A stretch of 64,000 nt of DNA from an uncultured Acidobacteriota bacterium (GTDB lineage Bacteria; Acidobacteriota; Thermoanaerobaculia; UBA5066; DATFVB01), in contig CAWEYG010000006.1 in the NCBI GenBank assembly GCA_963813155.1, forward strand, positions 64,001 to 128,000, in the 5' to 3' direction. A program made the position numbers and the translations under genes. The notes below the pieces were generated by a model that made no database searches, had not been told where the DNA came from, and saw only the letters and a list, made by a program, of their open reading frames with translations. Positions 50,620-61,128 of the stretch are shown here, piece by piece (positions within the stretch are counted from its first letter, which is position 1; each line of letters begins with the position of its first letter).

Positions 50620-51493
50620 GCCTCCCGGTCCACGCCGGCCGCGCCCCCGCGTGGATCCGCGAAAAAGCGCTCGACCTGTCTCAGTTGCACGACATCAAGA
50701 AGACGATGCGCCGGCGCGGCCTTCACACGGTGTGCGAAGAGGCGCGATGCCCGAACCGGAGCGAGTGCTTTTCCCGCGGGACGGCGACGTTCCTCCTGCT
50801 CGGCGACGTCTGCACGCGCGCGTGCGGCTTCTGCGACATCCGGACGGGAACGTCCGACGTTCGACGACCCGAACGAGCCGGCGAAGGTCGCGGACGCGGT
50901 CCGGGAGATGGGGCTCAAGTTCGTCGTTCTGACCTCGGTCGACCGCGACGACCTTCCCGACGGCGGCTCGCGGCACTTCGCGGCGACGATCCGGGCGATC
51001 CGCGCGCTCGACGCGTCGATCGGCGTCGAGGTGCTGACGCCCGATTTTCGAGGGCGCCGGGAGTCCGTCGACGGAGGTCGTCGCCGCGAAACCGGACGTC
51101 TTCAACCACAACGTCGAGACCGTTCCGCGGCTGTACCTTCAAGTCCGGCGCGGCGCGCGCATCGACCGCTCGCTCGGCGTTCTCTCCGCGGCGAAGGAGG
51201 TCGATCCGGGGATGACGACGAAATCGGGTTTCATGGTCGGTCTCGGCGAGACGTTTCCCGAGTGCGTTGAGCTGATGAGGAGCCTGCGGGATGCGCGCGT
51301 CGACATCGTGACGATCGGCCAGTACCTGCGGCCCTCGCGGGAGAACCTTCCGGTCGTCGAGTACGTCGAGCCGGCCGTTTTCGACGAGCTCCGCGCCGCG
51401 GGGGAGGCGATGGGATTCCGGCACGTCTTCGCGGGGCCGTTCGTCCGGTCCTCGTACCGGGCGGAGGAAGCGTTGATGGAGTCGATCCGATAG
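50616..51493 (+). CDS. lipA: Lipoyl synthase (apparent frameshifts ~50849 and ~51073)
   Basis: [46 protein letters not shown]. Confidence 0.93.
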
Positions 51494-53011
51494 CTTTCTT
51501 CGCCGCCGCCCTCTCCGGGCTTCTCCTCGCGCTCGCGTTTCCTCCGGCGGGCATCGCGTGGCTCGCCCCGGTCGCGCTGATCCCCTGGATCCTCGCTCTC
51601 TTTCGGGAGGAAAAGAAGGGACGCGGGATCCTGTCGGGCGTTCTCTTCGGTCTCGTCTTCTGGTGCGTTTCCATCCCCTGGATCTCGTTCGTCGTGACCC
51701 GTTTCGGCGGACAGCCGCGCTGGATGGGAGCGGTCTGCGTGTTCCTTCTCGCCCTCATCCTTTCGCAGTGGCCGGCGCTCGTCGCGTGTGTCGTCGTGGT
51801 CGCGGCGGCGCCGCGCTCTCCGTGGCGGTTTGCCGCCTTTCCCGTCGCGTGGATGGCCGCCGAGCACGCGCGCTCGTACGTCTACAAGGGGTTCCCCTGG
51901 AATCTGACCGCGAACGCCCTCGCTCTCCACCCGGTGTGGATCCAGACGGCTTCGGTCTGGGGCGCGTTCGGCGTCGGCGCTCTCGTCGCGGCGTTCGGCG
52001 CGGCGTGCGCCGCGGTCCTCGCCGCCGGGTCCCGGAAGACGAAAGTCTCGATCGCGGCCGCGCTCCTGGCGTCCGCGGGCGGGCTCTGGCTGTTCGGATG
52101 CGCTCGGTTGCGAAACGCCGGAGACCGGAGCGCCGGTTCGCGTCGCCTGTATTCAGCCGAACATCCCGCAGGTCGTTCGCGAAGACGCCGATCTCGTCGC
52201 CGCGAACTACGTCAGGGTCATCGATCTCGCCGGAAGAGCCGCGGCGGCCCGGCCCGCCCTCATTCTGATCCCGGAGTCTTCGTTCTACGGAATCGAGTGG
52301 AGTCTGAGCCCGACCCTGCGCCGGGATCTCGCGGCGGTCTCCGCGAGGGGCGGCTCCGCGATTCTCTTCAACGACATCGACGAGATGCCCGACGGGCGCT
52401 ATTTCAACGCGGCGCGCCTCCTGACGCCGGCGGGAATGGCGCCCGCGACCTACCACAAGCTCCACCTCGTCCCGTTCGGCGAGTACGTGCCCCTGCCGAA
52501 GCTCTTTTTTTTCATGCGGGAGATCTCGAAAATCGTCGGGGCGTTCACGGCCGCGAAACGGCCGGTGCTTCTCGAGGCCGGCGGGGTCTCGATCGGCCCC
52601 GCCGTCTGCTACGAGATGACGTACCCCTCCCTCGCCCGCGACGAAGCGAGAATGGGCGCGAACCTTCTCGCGAGCGTGTCCAACGACGCCTGGTACGGCC
52701 GGGCGGGGGCCCAGGCCCAGCACCTGCTCGCGATGCCGCTGCGCGCCGTCGAAGTCGGAAGGCCGTTCGCCCGCGCCGCGATCACGGGAATCTCGGCGGC
52801 CGTCGACTCGCGCGGACGAATGCTCGCGAGTCTCGGGGAGAACCGGGAGGGAATCGTCGAGGCGACGTTGCGCCTCGAAACGGGAAGCACCGTCTGGTCG
52901 CGCTGGGGTGGCGTCGTCTTTCCGGCGGCCGCGGACGTCGCGGCGCTCTGCATGGTAATCTGCGGCTTCGTGCGCGGAAGACGACGAAACTCGAAACCGA
53001 AAGACCGATGA
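51490..53011 (+). CDS. lnt: Apolipoprotein N-acyltransferase (start unclear; apparent frameshift ~52125)
   Basis: GFPW, QPNIPQ, PE, KLHLVPFGEY, CYE, SNDAWY. Confidence 0.9.
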
Positions 53012-54121
53012 CGAAACGCGACGACCTGCTCTCCGACCTCGACTCGACCGCGGCGCGCCTTTCGGCGCTCCGGGGGTATCTTTGATTGCGCCGCGGCGCG
53101 GAGCGCGCTCGACGAACTGAGGCAGAAGGCGGCGGCCCCCGATTTCTGGACCGACCCGGAAAAAGCCCAGAACACGAATCGAAAGATCAAGGCGCACGAA
53201 AAGACGCTGGAAACGGACGCGCGGGCGGAATCCAACGCGGACGAGTTGCGGGTGTTCGCCGATTTCCTTCGGGCCGGCGAGGACGTGGACGGCGAGGCCG
53301 CGGCGACGCTCGCCAAAGCGCGGACCTACGCGGACGACCTGGAGCTCTCCGTCAAGATGACCGAGCCCGAGGACTCGAACAACGCGTGGTTCTCGATTCA
53401 TTCCGGGGCCGGCGGCACGGAGTCGCAGGACTGGGCGGAGATGCTCCTTCGGATGTACCTGCGCTTCTTCGAGCGCCGCGGCTGGAAAGCGGAGCTGATC
53501 GAGCGGGTCGACGGCGAGGAAGCCGGTCTGAAGAGCGCGACCGTTCACGTTCTCGGAGAGTACGCGTACGGCTACCTCAAGGGCGAGATGGGCGTTCACC
53601 GGCTCGTGCGGATCTCGCCTTTCGACGCGAACAAGCGGCGTCACACGTCGTTCGCGTCGGTCTTCGTGACTCCGGAGATCGAAGACGACATCGAGATCGT
53701 AATTCCGGACAAGGACCTGCGGGTCGACACGTACCGCTCCTCCGGCGCGGGCGGCCAGCACGTCAACGTGACGGACTCGGCCGTTCGGATCACGCACATT
53801 CCGACGAACATCGTCGTCACCTGCCAGAACGAGCGCAGCCAGGGGCGAAACCGGGACGTCGCGATGAAAGTGCTCCGCGCGAAGCTCTACCAGAAGGCCC
53901 TGGAGGAGCGGCAGGCCGCCGAGGACAAGCGCGCCGGAGCGAAGAAGAAGATCGAGTGGGGAAGCCAGATCCGCTCGTACGTCCTGCACCCCTACCGGAT
54001 GGTCAAGGACCACCGGACCGACTTCGAGATGGGCGACACCGACCGGGTCCTCGACGGCGACCTGACCCCGTTCATCGACGCGTACCTCAAGGAGAGCGCG
54101 ACGGAAAAGAGGGCATCTTAG
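53008..54121 (+). CDS. prfB: Peptide chain release factor 2, programmed +1 frameshift at 53080-53085
   Basis: GGGGG TAT CTT TGA site; SPF and GGQ motifs; WGSQIRSY. Confidence 0.97.
53072..53086 (+). promoter_or_regulatory. prfB autoregulatory +1 ribosomal frameshift site
   Basis: Internal SD-like GGGGG, 3 nt spacer, CTT-TGA. Confidence 0.93.
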
Positions 54122-54127
54122 GTCCGC

Positions 54128-54695
54128 ATGAACTGGCTCGCGGAAATCCGGAAAAAGCTGGAGGATCGCCCGCCGGCCGAGCTCGAGGCCCCCGACGGAA
54201 TCCGCCGGGCGGCCGTCCTCGCGCCGCTGTTCGTGAAGGAGAAGGAGCTGTGGGTGCTCTTCACGAAGCGAAGCGAGAACCTCGTGACGCACCGCGGCCA
54301 GGTTTCGTTTCCCGGCGGGGCGCAAGAGGAAGGCGACGCGAACCTGATGGAAACGGCGCTGCGCGAGACCGAAGAGGAAATCGGGCTTCCGCGCGACAAG
54401 GTCGTCGTCCTCGGGAAGCTCTCGCCGATCGTGACCGTGACGGATTTTTACGTCGAGCCCTACGTCGCGGCGATTCCGTATCCGGTCGAGCTCAAGCCGT
54501 CGCCGGACGAAATCGAGGCGCTCTGGGAGATCCCGGTCGCGGCGCTGATGGCGCCGACCGCCGTCGAAGAGCGCGAGCTCCCCGGCCGCGAAGACGCCCG
54601 TGCTCTTTTACCACTACGGCCCGAAGACCGTCTGGGGCGCGACCGCGCGCATCCTCTCCGAGCTGCTGCAGGCGCTTGCGGGGCAGCCCTCGTGA
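54128..54695 (+). CDS. CoA pyrophosphatase, NudL-like NUDIX (apparent frameshift ~54590)
   Basis: AAVL, HRGQVSFPGG, ALRETEEEIG, VWGATARIL after the shift. Confidence 0.88.
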
Positions 54696-54698
54696 ACA

Positions 54699-54770
54699 AT
54701 TCGCCTCACCCGCGCTTCGCTTGCCCTCTCCCTCGAGGGAGAGGGTGGTGCGAAGCACCAGGAGAGGGGG
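54699..54770. repeat. Partial palindromic element, copy 4
   Basis: ATTCGCCTCACCC...CCCTCTCCCTCGAGGGAGAGGGTGGTGCGAAGCACCAGGAGAGGGGG resembles the second arm of copy 2, reversed. Confidence 0.7.
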
Positions 54771-54788
54771 CACTTTTGAGGTGAACCC

Positions 54789-55626
54789 ATGACGTTCAAA
54801 GTCGACCTGCACTCCCACTCCACCGTCTCCGACGGCCTCGATTCCCCCACCCGCCTCGTCGAGAAGATGCGGCAGGCAGGGGTGTCCGCGCTCGCGCTGA
54901 CCGACCACGACGCGCTCGGCGGGCTGCCGGAGGCCCGGATCGCGGCCGCGGCGGCAGGTCTCCAGCTCATCCCGGGTGCGGAGATCTCCGCCGACGCGAC
55001 CAACGGGGACGACGTCCACATCCTCGGCCTCTTCCTCGACGAGAGCAACGAGCCGTTCCGCCGCAAGCTCGAGCTTCGGCAGGAAAACCGGAAGCTGCGC
55101 GGCGAGCGCATGGCGCAGAACCTCGTCGCGGCCGGCTATCCCGCTCGACCTCGACGCGATTCGCGCCGACGTCGGCGACGGCGTGTGGGGAAGGCCGCAC
55201 CTGGCGCGCGCGCTCGTGGCCGCGGGGCACGCAAAGGACAACGACGACGCGTTCGCGCGCTTTCTCCACCGCAAATGTCCCTGGTACGTACCGGCGGAGA
55301 AGTGGATGGCCGCCGAGGTCGTCGAGTCGATCCGCGAAGCGGGCGGCGTCTCGTCGCTCGCCCACGCGGTCTGGTACAAGGACCCCGACGGCGTCGTCGA
55401 AGAGCTCGTCGAGCGCGGGCTCGACGCGATCGAAGTCTTTCATCCCGACCACGGCGAGGCCGAAGTCGAGCGTTTCTCGAAGCTCGCTCGGAAGTTCCGG
55501 CTGCTCTCGACGGCGGGTTCCGACTACCACGGCGTCGAAGAGAAGGGGAAGGCTCCCGGAAGCGTGACCGGCGACCGCGGGATGCTCGAGGCGCTGGAAC
55601 GCCTGCGGGAAGGGCGATCGACTTGA
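54789..55626 (+). CDS. PHP-domain phosphoesterase, TrpH/YciV-like (apparent frameshift ~55141)
   Basis: DLHSHSTVSDG, LTDHD, GAEIS, HILG, GRPHLA, LAH, GSDYHG. Confidence 0.9.
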
Positions 55627-55648
55627 TCTAGAATAGCGATCTTCTCCC

Positions 55649-57004
55649 ATGCTCGAATCGATCGAAACGCCGACGGCCCTTCCGCAGAACCTGGACGCCG
55701 AACGAGCCGTGCTCGGCGCGATCCTCATCGACAACCTCACGCTCTCGGTCGTTTCCCCGATCCTCAAGGAGACGGACTTCTTTCTCGAAACGCATCGCCG
55801 GATCTACCGCGCGCTCCTGGAGCTCTCCGCACGATCTTCGGCGATCGACCTCGTCACCGTCCGCGAAGAGCTGGACAAGTCCGGAGCGATGGAACGCGCG
55901 GGCGGGCCGGCTTACCTGGCTTCCCTGATCGACGGGATCCCCGACGTGTTCAACGCCGAGCACTACGCCCGCATCGTGAAGGAGAAGTCGACCCTGCGCC
56001 GGCTCATCACTCTCGGGCACCGGCTGACGCGCGAGGGAGCGACGCCGGATCGGACGCCCGAGGACGTGCTCGGCTCTGCGACTTCGGAGGTCTTCGAAAT
56101 CGCGCAGGACTCCGCGCGCGGGGGCTTCGTCTCGCTCGCCGAGATTTCCGAGCACAATCTGCTGACCCTCGAGGAGGCGCGCGGGCGCCAGGGGGTCCTG
56201 ACGGGGCTTCCCACCGGGTTCCGCGAGCTCGACCGGCTCACGTCGGGGCTCCAGAAATCGGAGCTCATCATCCTCGCCGCCCGGCCCTCGGTCGGAAAGA
56301 CCTCCTTTGCGCTGAACATTGCGCAGCACGTCTCGATCCGCGAGGCCCGATCGGTCGGGTTCTTCTCGCTCGAAATGTCGAGGGAGGCGCTCGGGCTCCG
56401 CGTGCTGTGCTCGGAGGCCGAGGTCAACGCGAAGAGGGTGCGGGACGGATTCGGGTCGGACGACGACTTCCGCCGGCTCGTCCTCGCGCAGACGCGGCTC
56501 GGCGGCGCGCGCTTCTTCATCGACGACACGTCCGCGCTTTCGGTCTCCGAGATGCGCGCGAAGTGCCAGCGATTGAAGCGGGAGCACGGCCTCGATCTCG
56601 TGGCCGTCGACTATCTCCAGCTCATGGCGGGAACGGGGCGGCCCGAGAACCGGACTCAGGAGGTCTCGCAGATCTCGCGCGGCCTGAAGCTCCTCGCGAA
56701 GGACCTCCAGGTGCCGGTCATCGCGCTCTCGCAGCTCTCGCGCCAGTCGGAGCGCCGCACGGGCGACCAGCGAAAGCCGCAGCTCGCCGACCTGCGCGAT
56801 TCCGGCTCGATCGAGCAGGATGCCGACGTCGTCATCTTTCTCTACCGCGAGGAGATGTACGACCGCGAGACCGAGCGCAAGAACCTCGCCGACGTCATCA
56901 TCGCGAAGCAGCGCAACGGCCCGACCGACGAGTTCGAGCTCGTCTTCCTGCACGACCAGACGACGTTTCGCACCTACGAGCGTTTCTCGGAACCGGGGTT
57001 TTGA
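55649..57004 (+). CDS. dnaB: Replicative DNA helicase
   Basis: PQNLDAERAVLG, AARPSVGKT, FSLEM, DYLQLM, LSQLSR, DLRDSGSIEQDAD, KQRNGP. Confidence 0.98.
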   Translation: MLESIETPTALPQNLDAERAVLGAILIDNLTLSVVSPILKETDFFLETHRRIYRALLELSARSSAIDLVTVREELDKSGAMERAGGPAYLASLIDGIPDVFNAEHYARIVKEKSTLRRLITLGHRLTREGATPDRTPEDVLGSATSEVFEIAQDSARGGFVSLAEISEHNLLTLEEARGRQGVLTGLPTGFRELDRLTSGLQKSELIILAARPSVGKTSFALNIAQHVSIREARSVGFFSLEMSREALGLRVLCSEAEVNAKRVRDGFGSDDDFRRLVLAQTRLGGARFFIDDTSALSVSEMRAKCQRLKREHGLDLVAVDYLQLMAGTGRPENRTQEVSQISRGLKLLAKDLQVPVIALSQLSRQSERRTGDQRKPQLADLRDSGSIEQDADVVIFLYREEMYDRETERKNLADVIIAKQRNGPTDEFELVFLHDQTTFRTYERFSEPGF

Positions 57005-58095
57005 GGCCCACGTTCGCCGCGGTCGACCTGCGGGCGATCGCGCACAATTTTCGCCTGCTTCAGCGCCTCAGCGGCAAGCGCGTGCTCGCCGTCGTCAAGG
57101 CCGACGCCTACGGGCACGGCGCGGCGGCCGTCGCGCGCGCCTTGGAGGCGGAAGGGGTGGATTTTTTCTGCGTCGCGATTGCGGAGGAGGGGATCAGCCT
57201 TCGCCGCGCGGGAATCCGCTCGCCGATTCTCCTTCTGAACTCCTGCGAGGCCCGCGAGGCGGCTATCTACCGGGCGCTCGCGCTCACACCGACGCTCTTT
57301 TCCGTCGAGCAGGCCCGGGAATTCGCCGCGGCGACGGCCGGGTTCGCGAGCCCCCTCGAGGTGCACGTGAAGCTGGATACCGGCCTGACTCGCCTCGGGG
57401 TGTTGCCGGGCGAGATTTCCGCTCTCGCGGAAGTCCTGCTCGCCGCACCGGGCCTCCGGGTCGAGGCCGCGTTCACACACTTCTCGCACGGGGACGAACC
57501 GGAGAGCCCGGAGCTCGCCTCGCAGGAGGAGAGATCGAAGGAGGCTTTCGCGGCGCTTCGCGCGGCGGGAGTGCTGGCCGGGTGGACGCACCTTGCGAAC
57601 TCCGGAGCCGCAATTGCGGGAAAAGGCGTCTGGACGGAGGCCGTCCGCCCGGGGCTTTCCCTGTACGGCGTGTCGCCTGCCGCCAGACACGGCAACGAGC
57701 TCGTCGCCGCGCTGTCGTGGGAGACCGAGGTCGTCGCCGTCAAGAGGGTCCCCGCGGGCACCCCGGTCGGGTACGGAGGCACGTTCGTCACGGGCCGCGA
57801 CTCCCGCCTTGCCGTTCTGGCGATCGGTTATGATGACGGGTACCGGCGCTCTTTCGGCGGCAAGGTCCCGGTTCTCTTCGAGGCCGGCGCCGCCCGAACG
57901 GTGGGAGTCATCAGCATGGATTTGACGGTCTGCGATACGACCGACATCGAGGTCCGGAGGGGGGAGAGAGCGGTACTGCTGGGGAAGACCTCGGCCGGCT
58001 CCGTCTCCGCGCACGATCTCGCCCGCGCCGCCGGGACGATCCCTTACGAAATTTTGTGCGGGATCGGCTCCCGCGTTCCCCGCCGATACGCGTGA
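57001..58095 (+). CDS. alr: Alanine racemase
   Basis: AVVKADAYGHG, HVKLDTG, NSG, RPG, VGYG, GYDDG, SMD, TIPYEI. Confidence 0.96.
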   Translation: MRPTFAAVDLRAIAHNFRLLQRLSGKRVLAVVKADAYGHGAAAVARALEAEGVDFFCVAIAEEGISLRRAGIRSPILLLNSCEAREAAIYRALALTPTLFSVEQAREFAAATAGFASPLEVHVKLDTGLTRLGVLPGEISALAEVLLAAPGLRVEAAFTHFSHGDEPESPELASQEERSKEAFAALRAAGVLAGWTHLANSGAAIAGKGVWTEAVRPGLSLYGVSPAARHGNELVAALSWETEVVAVKRVPAGTPVGYGGTFVTGRDSRLAVLAIGYDDGYRRSFGGKVPVLFEAGAARTVGVISMDLTVCDTTDIEVRRGERAVLLGKTSAGSVSAHDLARAAGTIPYEILCGIGSRVPRRYA

Positions 58096-58859
58096 AGTTC
58101 TTCGAAGCGATCGGCGCCGCCCTCCTGCGCGTCTTCGAAGAGATCGGGCGCTTCTTCCTGCTGCTCGGGAAGACCGCGGCGTGGGCCGTTCGGCCGCCGT
58201 ACGACTTTGCGGAGTTCGTCAAGCAGATGGTCCGGGTCGGGGTCGATTCGGTTCCCGTCGTCTTTCTGACCGGCCTGTTCACCGGCATGGTGATTTCGCT
58301 GCAGACCTACAAGGGGTTCGCCCGCTTTCACGCCGAAAGCTACGTCGGCTCGGTCGTCGCGCTGTCGGTCACGCGCGAGCTCGCGCCGGTGCTCGCCGCC
58401 CTGATGGTCACGGGCCGCGTCGGCAGCGCGATGGCCGCGGAGCTCGGCACGATGCGGGTGACGGAGCAGATCGACGCGCTCACGGCCCTCGCGACGGAAC
58501 CGATCCACTACCTGATCGTCCCCCGCGTCGCGGCCGCCACGGTGATGCTCCCGCTCCTCGTGCTGATGGCCGACGCGGTCGGGATCGGCGGCGGCTACCT
58601 CGTCGCCGTCGATCTGCTCGGCGCGAACCCCGTGAGCTACATGCACAACTCGTTTCAATTTCTCGAGATGAAGGATCTGATGTCCGGAATCCTGAAGGCG
58701 GCCGTTTTCGGGCTGCTGTTTTCGACGATCGGATGCCAGAAGGGCTTCTACACCGAAGGCGGAGCCGAGGGCGTCGGCATCTCCACGACCCGAGCGGTCG
58801 TCGCGGGAAGCCTCGCGATCCTGCTCGCCGACTTCTTCCTGACGAAGGTCCTGTTCTAG
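58092..58859 (+). CDS. mlaE: MlaE-family ABC permease
   Basis: RELAPVL...GRVGSAMAAELGTMRVTEQIDAL...GGAEGVG. Confidence 0.93.
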   Translation: MKFFEAIGAALLRVFEEIGRFFLLLGKTAAWAVRPPYDFAEFVKQMVRVGVDSVPVVFLTGLFTGMVISLQTYKGFARFHAESYVGSVVALSVTRELAPVLAALMVTGRVGSAMAAELGTMRVTEQIDALTALATEPIHYLIVPRVAAATVMLPLLVLMADAVGIGGGYLVAVDLLGANPVSYMHNSFQFLEMKDLMSGILKAAVFGLLFSTIGCQKGFYTEGGAEGVGISTTRAVVAGSLAILLADFFLTKVLF

Positions 58860-58861
58860 CC

Positions 58862-59692
58862 GTGAGCGCCTCGCAGCCCGCTGCCCCCGCGGCCCATCCG
58901 GAACCGAAAATCCGGCTCGTCGACCTGTCGAAGTCATTTGGCGGAAGGGCCGTGCTCGATCACCTGAACCTCGAGATCGCGGACGGCGAGTCGGTTGTCC
59001 TCGTCGGACCGTCCGGCACCGGCAAGAGCGTTCTTCTCAAGCACATCATCGGCCTGCTGCGGCCGGACTCGGGCCAGGTCTTCATCGACGGAACGGACCT
59101 GTGGTCTCTCGCGGACAAGGAATTGAACGCGTTCCGGCGCCGCTTCGGGATGTCCTTCCAGGAAGGCGCGCTCTTCGATTCGATGACGGTTTTCGACAAC
59201 GTCGCTTTTCCTTTGCGCCGGCAGGGAAAGAAGAACGCCGACGAAGTCCGCCAGCGGGTCGAGGAGTGCCTCGACCTCGTCCACCTGTCCGAGATCGAGG
59301 ACAAGAAGCCCGCGGAGCTTTCCGGAGGCATGCGGCGCCGGGTCGGTTTCGCGCGCGCGATCGCCCTGGAGCCGGAAATCCTCCTTTTCGACGAGCCGAC
59401 CACGGGGCTCGATCCGATCATGACCGATGTGATCGACGGCACGATCGTCGAGATGCGCGAGCGTCTGAAGTGCACGAGCGTGACGATCACGCATAGCATG
59501 GAGAGCGCCGAAAAGATCGGCGACTCGATCGCGCTGATTTTCGAAGGAAAAATCGTGGAGCAGAAACCGCCGAAGGAGTTCATGGCGTCATCGAACCCTC
59601 TCGTTCGCCAGTTCGTGGAAGGCCGGGCGGAGGGGCCGATGACAAAGGACGATTGGGGACGCCGGAGGCAGGGCTTGGGAGGACGCGGATGA
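58862..59692 (+). CDS. mlaF: MlaF-family ABC ATPase
   Basis: GPSGTGKS, FQEGALFDSM, LSGGMRRR, DEPTTGLDP. Confidence 0.93.
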   Translation: MSASQPAAPAAHPEPKIRLVDLSKSFGGRAVLDHLNLEIADGESVVLVGPSGTGKSVLLKHIIGLLRPDSGQVFIDGTDLWSLADKELNAFRRRFGMSFQEGALFDSMTVFDNVAFPLRRQGKKNADEVRQRVEECLDLVHLSEIEDKKPAELSGGMRRRVGFARAIALEPEILLFDEPTTGLDPIMTDVIDGTIVEMRERLKCTSVTITHSMESAEKIGDSIALIFEGKIVEQKPPKEFMASSNPLVRQFVEGRAEGPMTKDDWGRRRQGLGGRG

Positions 59693-61128
59693 ACTCGGCT
59701 GCGAAGGTGGGACTGTTTTTCCTCGTGGTGATGGTCCTCGCGGGAATTCTGGTTTTCAAGATCGAAGACCTTCACCTCGGGCGAAAAGGGGTGAAGTCGA
59801 TCTCGATCGTCTTCACCGACGTGTCGGGCCTCGACGACAAGGCGGTCGTCCGCGTCGCCGGCGTGCGCGTCGGCAAGGTCACGAAGATCCGCCAGATCGA
59901 GGGGCGGGCCTACGTGACGGTCGAGATCGAGGACCCGAACGTGGAGCTGCGCCAGGGGGCCTCCGCCGCGATCGCGAACCTCGGGCTGCTCGGCGAAAAA
60001 TATCTGGAGCTGATTCCGGGCCCGATCGGCGCGGCGCCCCTGCCCGAGGACTCGATCCTGACGGGCAACCAGGCGGTGTCCTTCGATCAGGTGACGAAGC
60101 TCGCCCGCGACATCGAGACCGACGTGAAGGACATCACGTCGAGCCTCCGCGGGGCGCTCGGCGGCCCCCAGGGCGAGCAGACCATGAAGGCGATCGTCGA
60201 CAACGTCGAGCGGATCACCGAAGAGCTCAAGGTCATCGTCGCGACGAATCACGAGAACGTCGACGCGACGACGGCGAACCTGCGAGAGTTCTCCTCGTCG
60301 ATCGTGCGGCTCGCCGACCGGATCGACGCGCTCGTGGCCTCGAACTCCGGCAACGCGACGGCGTCGATCTCGAACATCAAGGAGATTTCCGACAAGCTCC
60401 AGCGAACGGCCGACAACCTCAACTCGATCACCGGCAAGATCGACACCGGCAAGGGGACCGTCGGCCAGCTCATCAACAGCGACGAGACGTCCCGGAACCT
60501 GAACGACGCGCTCGTGTCCGTCAAAGAAGGCGTCGGCGCGCTCAACAAGACTCTCGGCAAGGTCGGAAAGATCAAGATCGACCTCGGCCTTCGCGCCGAG
60601 TACCTGAGCTCGCCGTCGAAGTCGAAGGGGTACTTGACGGCGGACATCATTCCGAACGACGAGCATTTCTACCGGTTCGAGCTCGCGACGCAGCCGTACG
60701 GACGGCGAAGCCTCACGACGACGAACTACACGACGACCTATCCCGACGGCCATCAGGAGACGACGACTCTTCAGAAGGAGAGCTTCGACGATGCGAACGC
60801 GATCTCGGCCCTGTTCGGCTTCAACTTCGGAAACGTCACGCTTCGGGCCGGACTCGAGGAGTCGCGGGGGGGCGGCGGCGTGGACTATTCACTGCTGAAC
60901 AAGCGCCTCCGCTTTTCCTTCGACGCGTGGGACTTCGCGCGGCAGGACTACAACGCGCACATGAAGGTCGGGGGACGGTTCTACTTCTCGCCCTCGATCT
61001 ACGCGACGGCCGGGTACGACGATTTCCTGAACCGCAAGAAGAAGGCGGACTCGCTGTTCTTCGGGGCGGGGGTGCGCTGGAGCGACGAGGACATCAAGCT
61101 GCTGCTGGGCTCGCTCCCGGTCAAGTGA
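59689..61128 (+). CDS. mlaD: MCE/MlaD protein with long helical stalk and C-terminal beta-barrel-like domain
   Basis: TM, MCE motifs GL...VRVAGVRVGKV and GLLGEKYLELIPG, heptad-rich region, then amphipathic beta strands. Confidence 0.88.
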   Translation: MNSAAKVGLFFLVVMVLAGILVFKIEDLHLGRKGVKSISIVFTDVSGLDDKAVVRVAGVRVGKVTKIRQIEGRAYVTVEIEDPNVELRQGASAAIANLGLLGEKYLELIPGPIGAAPLPEDSILTGNQAVSFDQVTKLARDIETDVKDITSSLRGALGGPQGEQTMKAIVDNVERITEELKVIVATNHENVDATTANLREFSSSIVRLADRIDALVASNSGNATASISNIKEISDKLQRTADNLNSITGKIDTGKGTVGQLINSDETSRNLNDALVSVKEGVGALNKTLGKVGKIKIDLGLRAEYLSSPSKSKGYLTADIIPNDEHFYRFELATQPYGRRSLTTTNYTTTYPDGHQETTTLQKESFDDANAISALFGFNFGNVTLRAGLEESRGGGGVDYSLLNKRLRFSFDAWDFARQDYNAHMKVGGRFYFSPSIYATAGYDDFLNRKKKADSLFFGAGVRWSDEDIKLLLGSLPVK

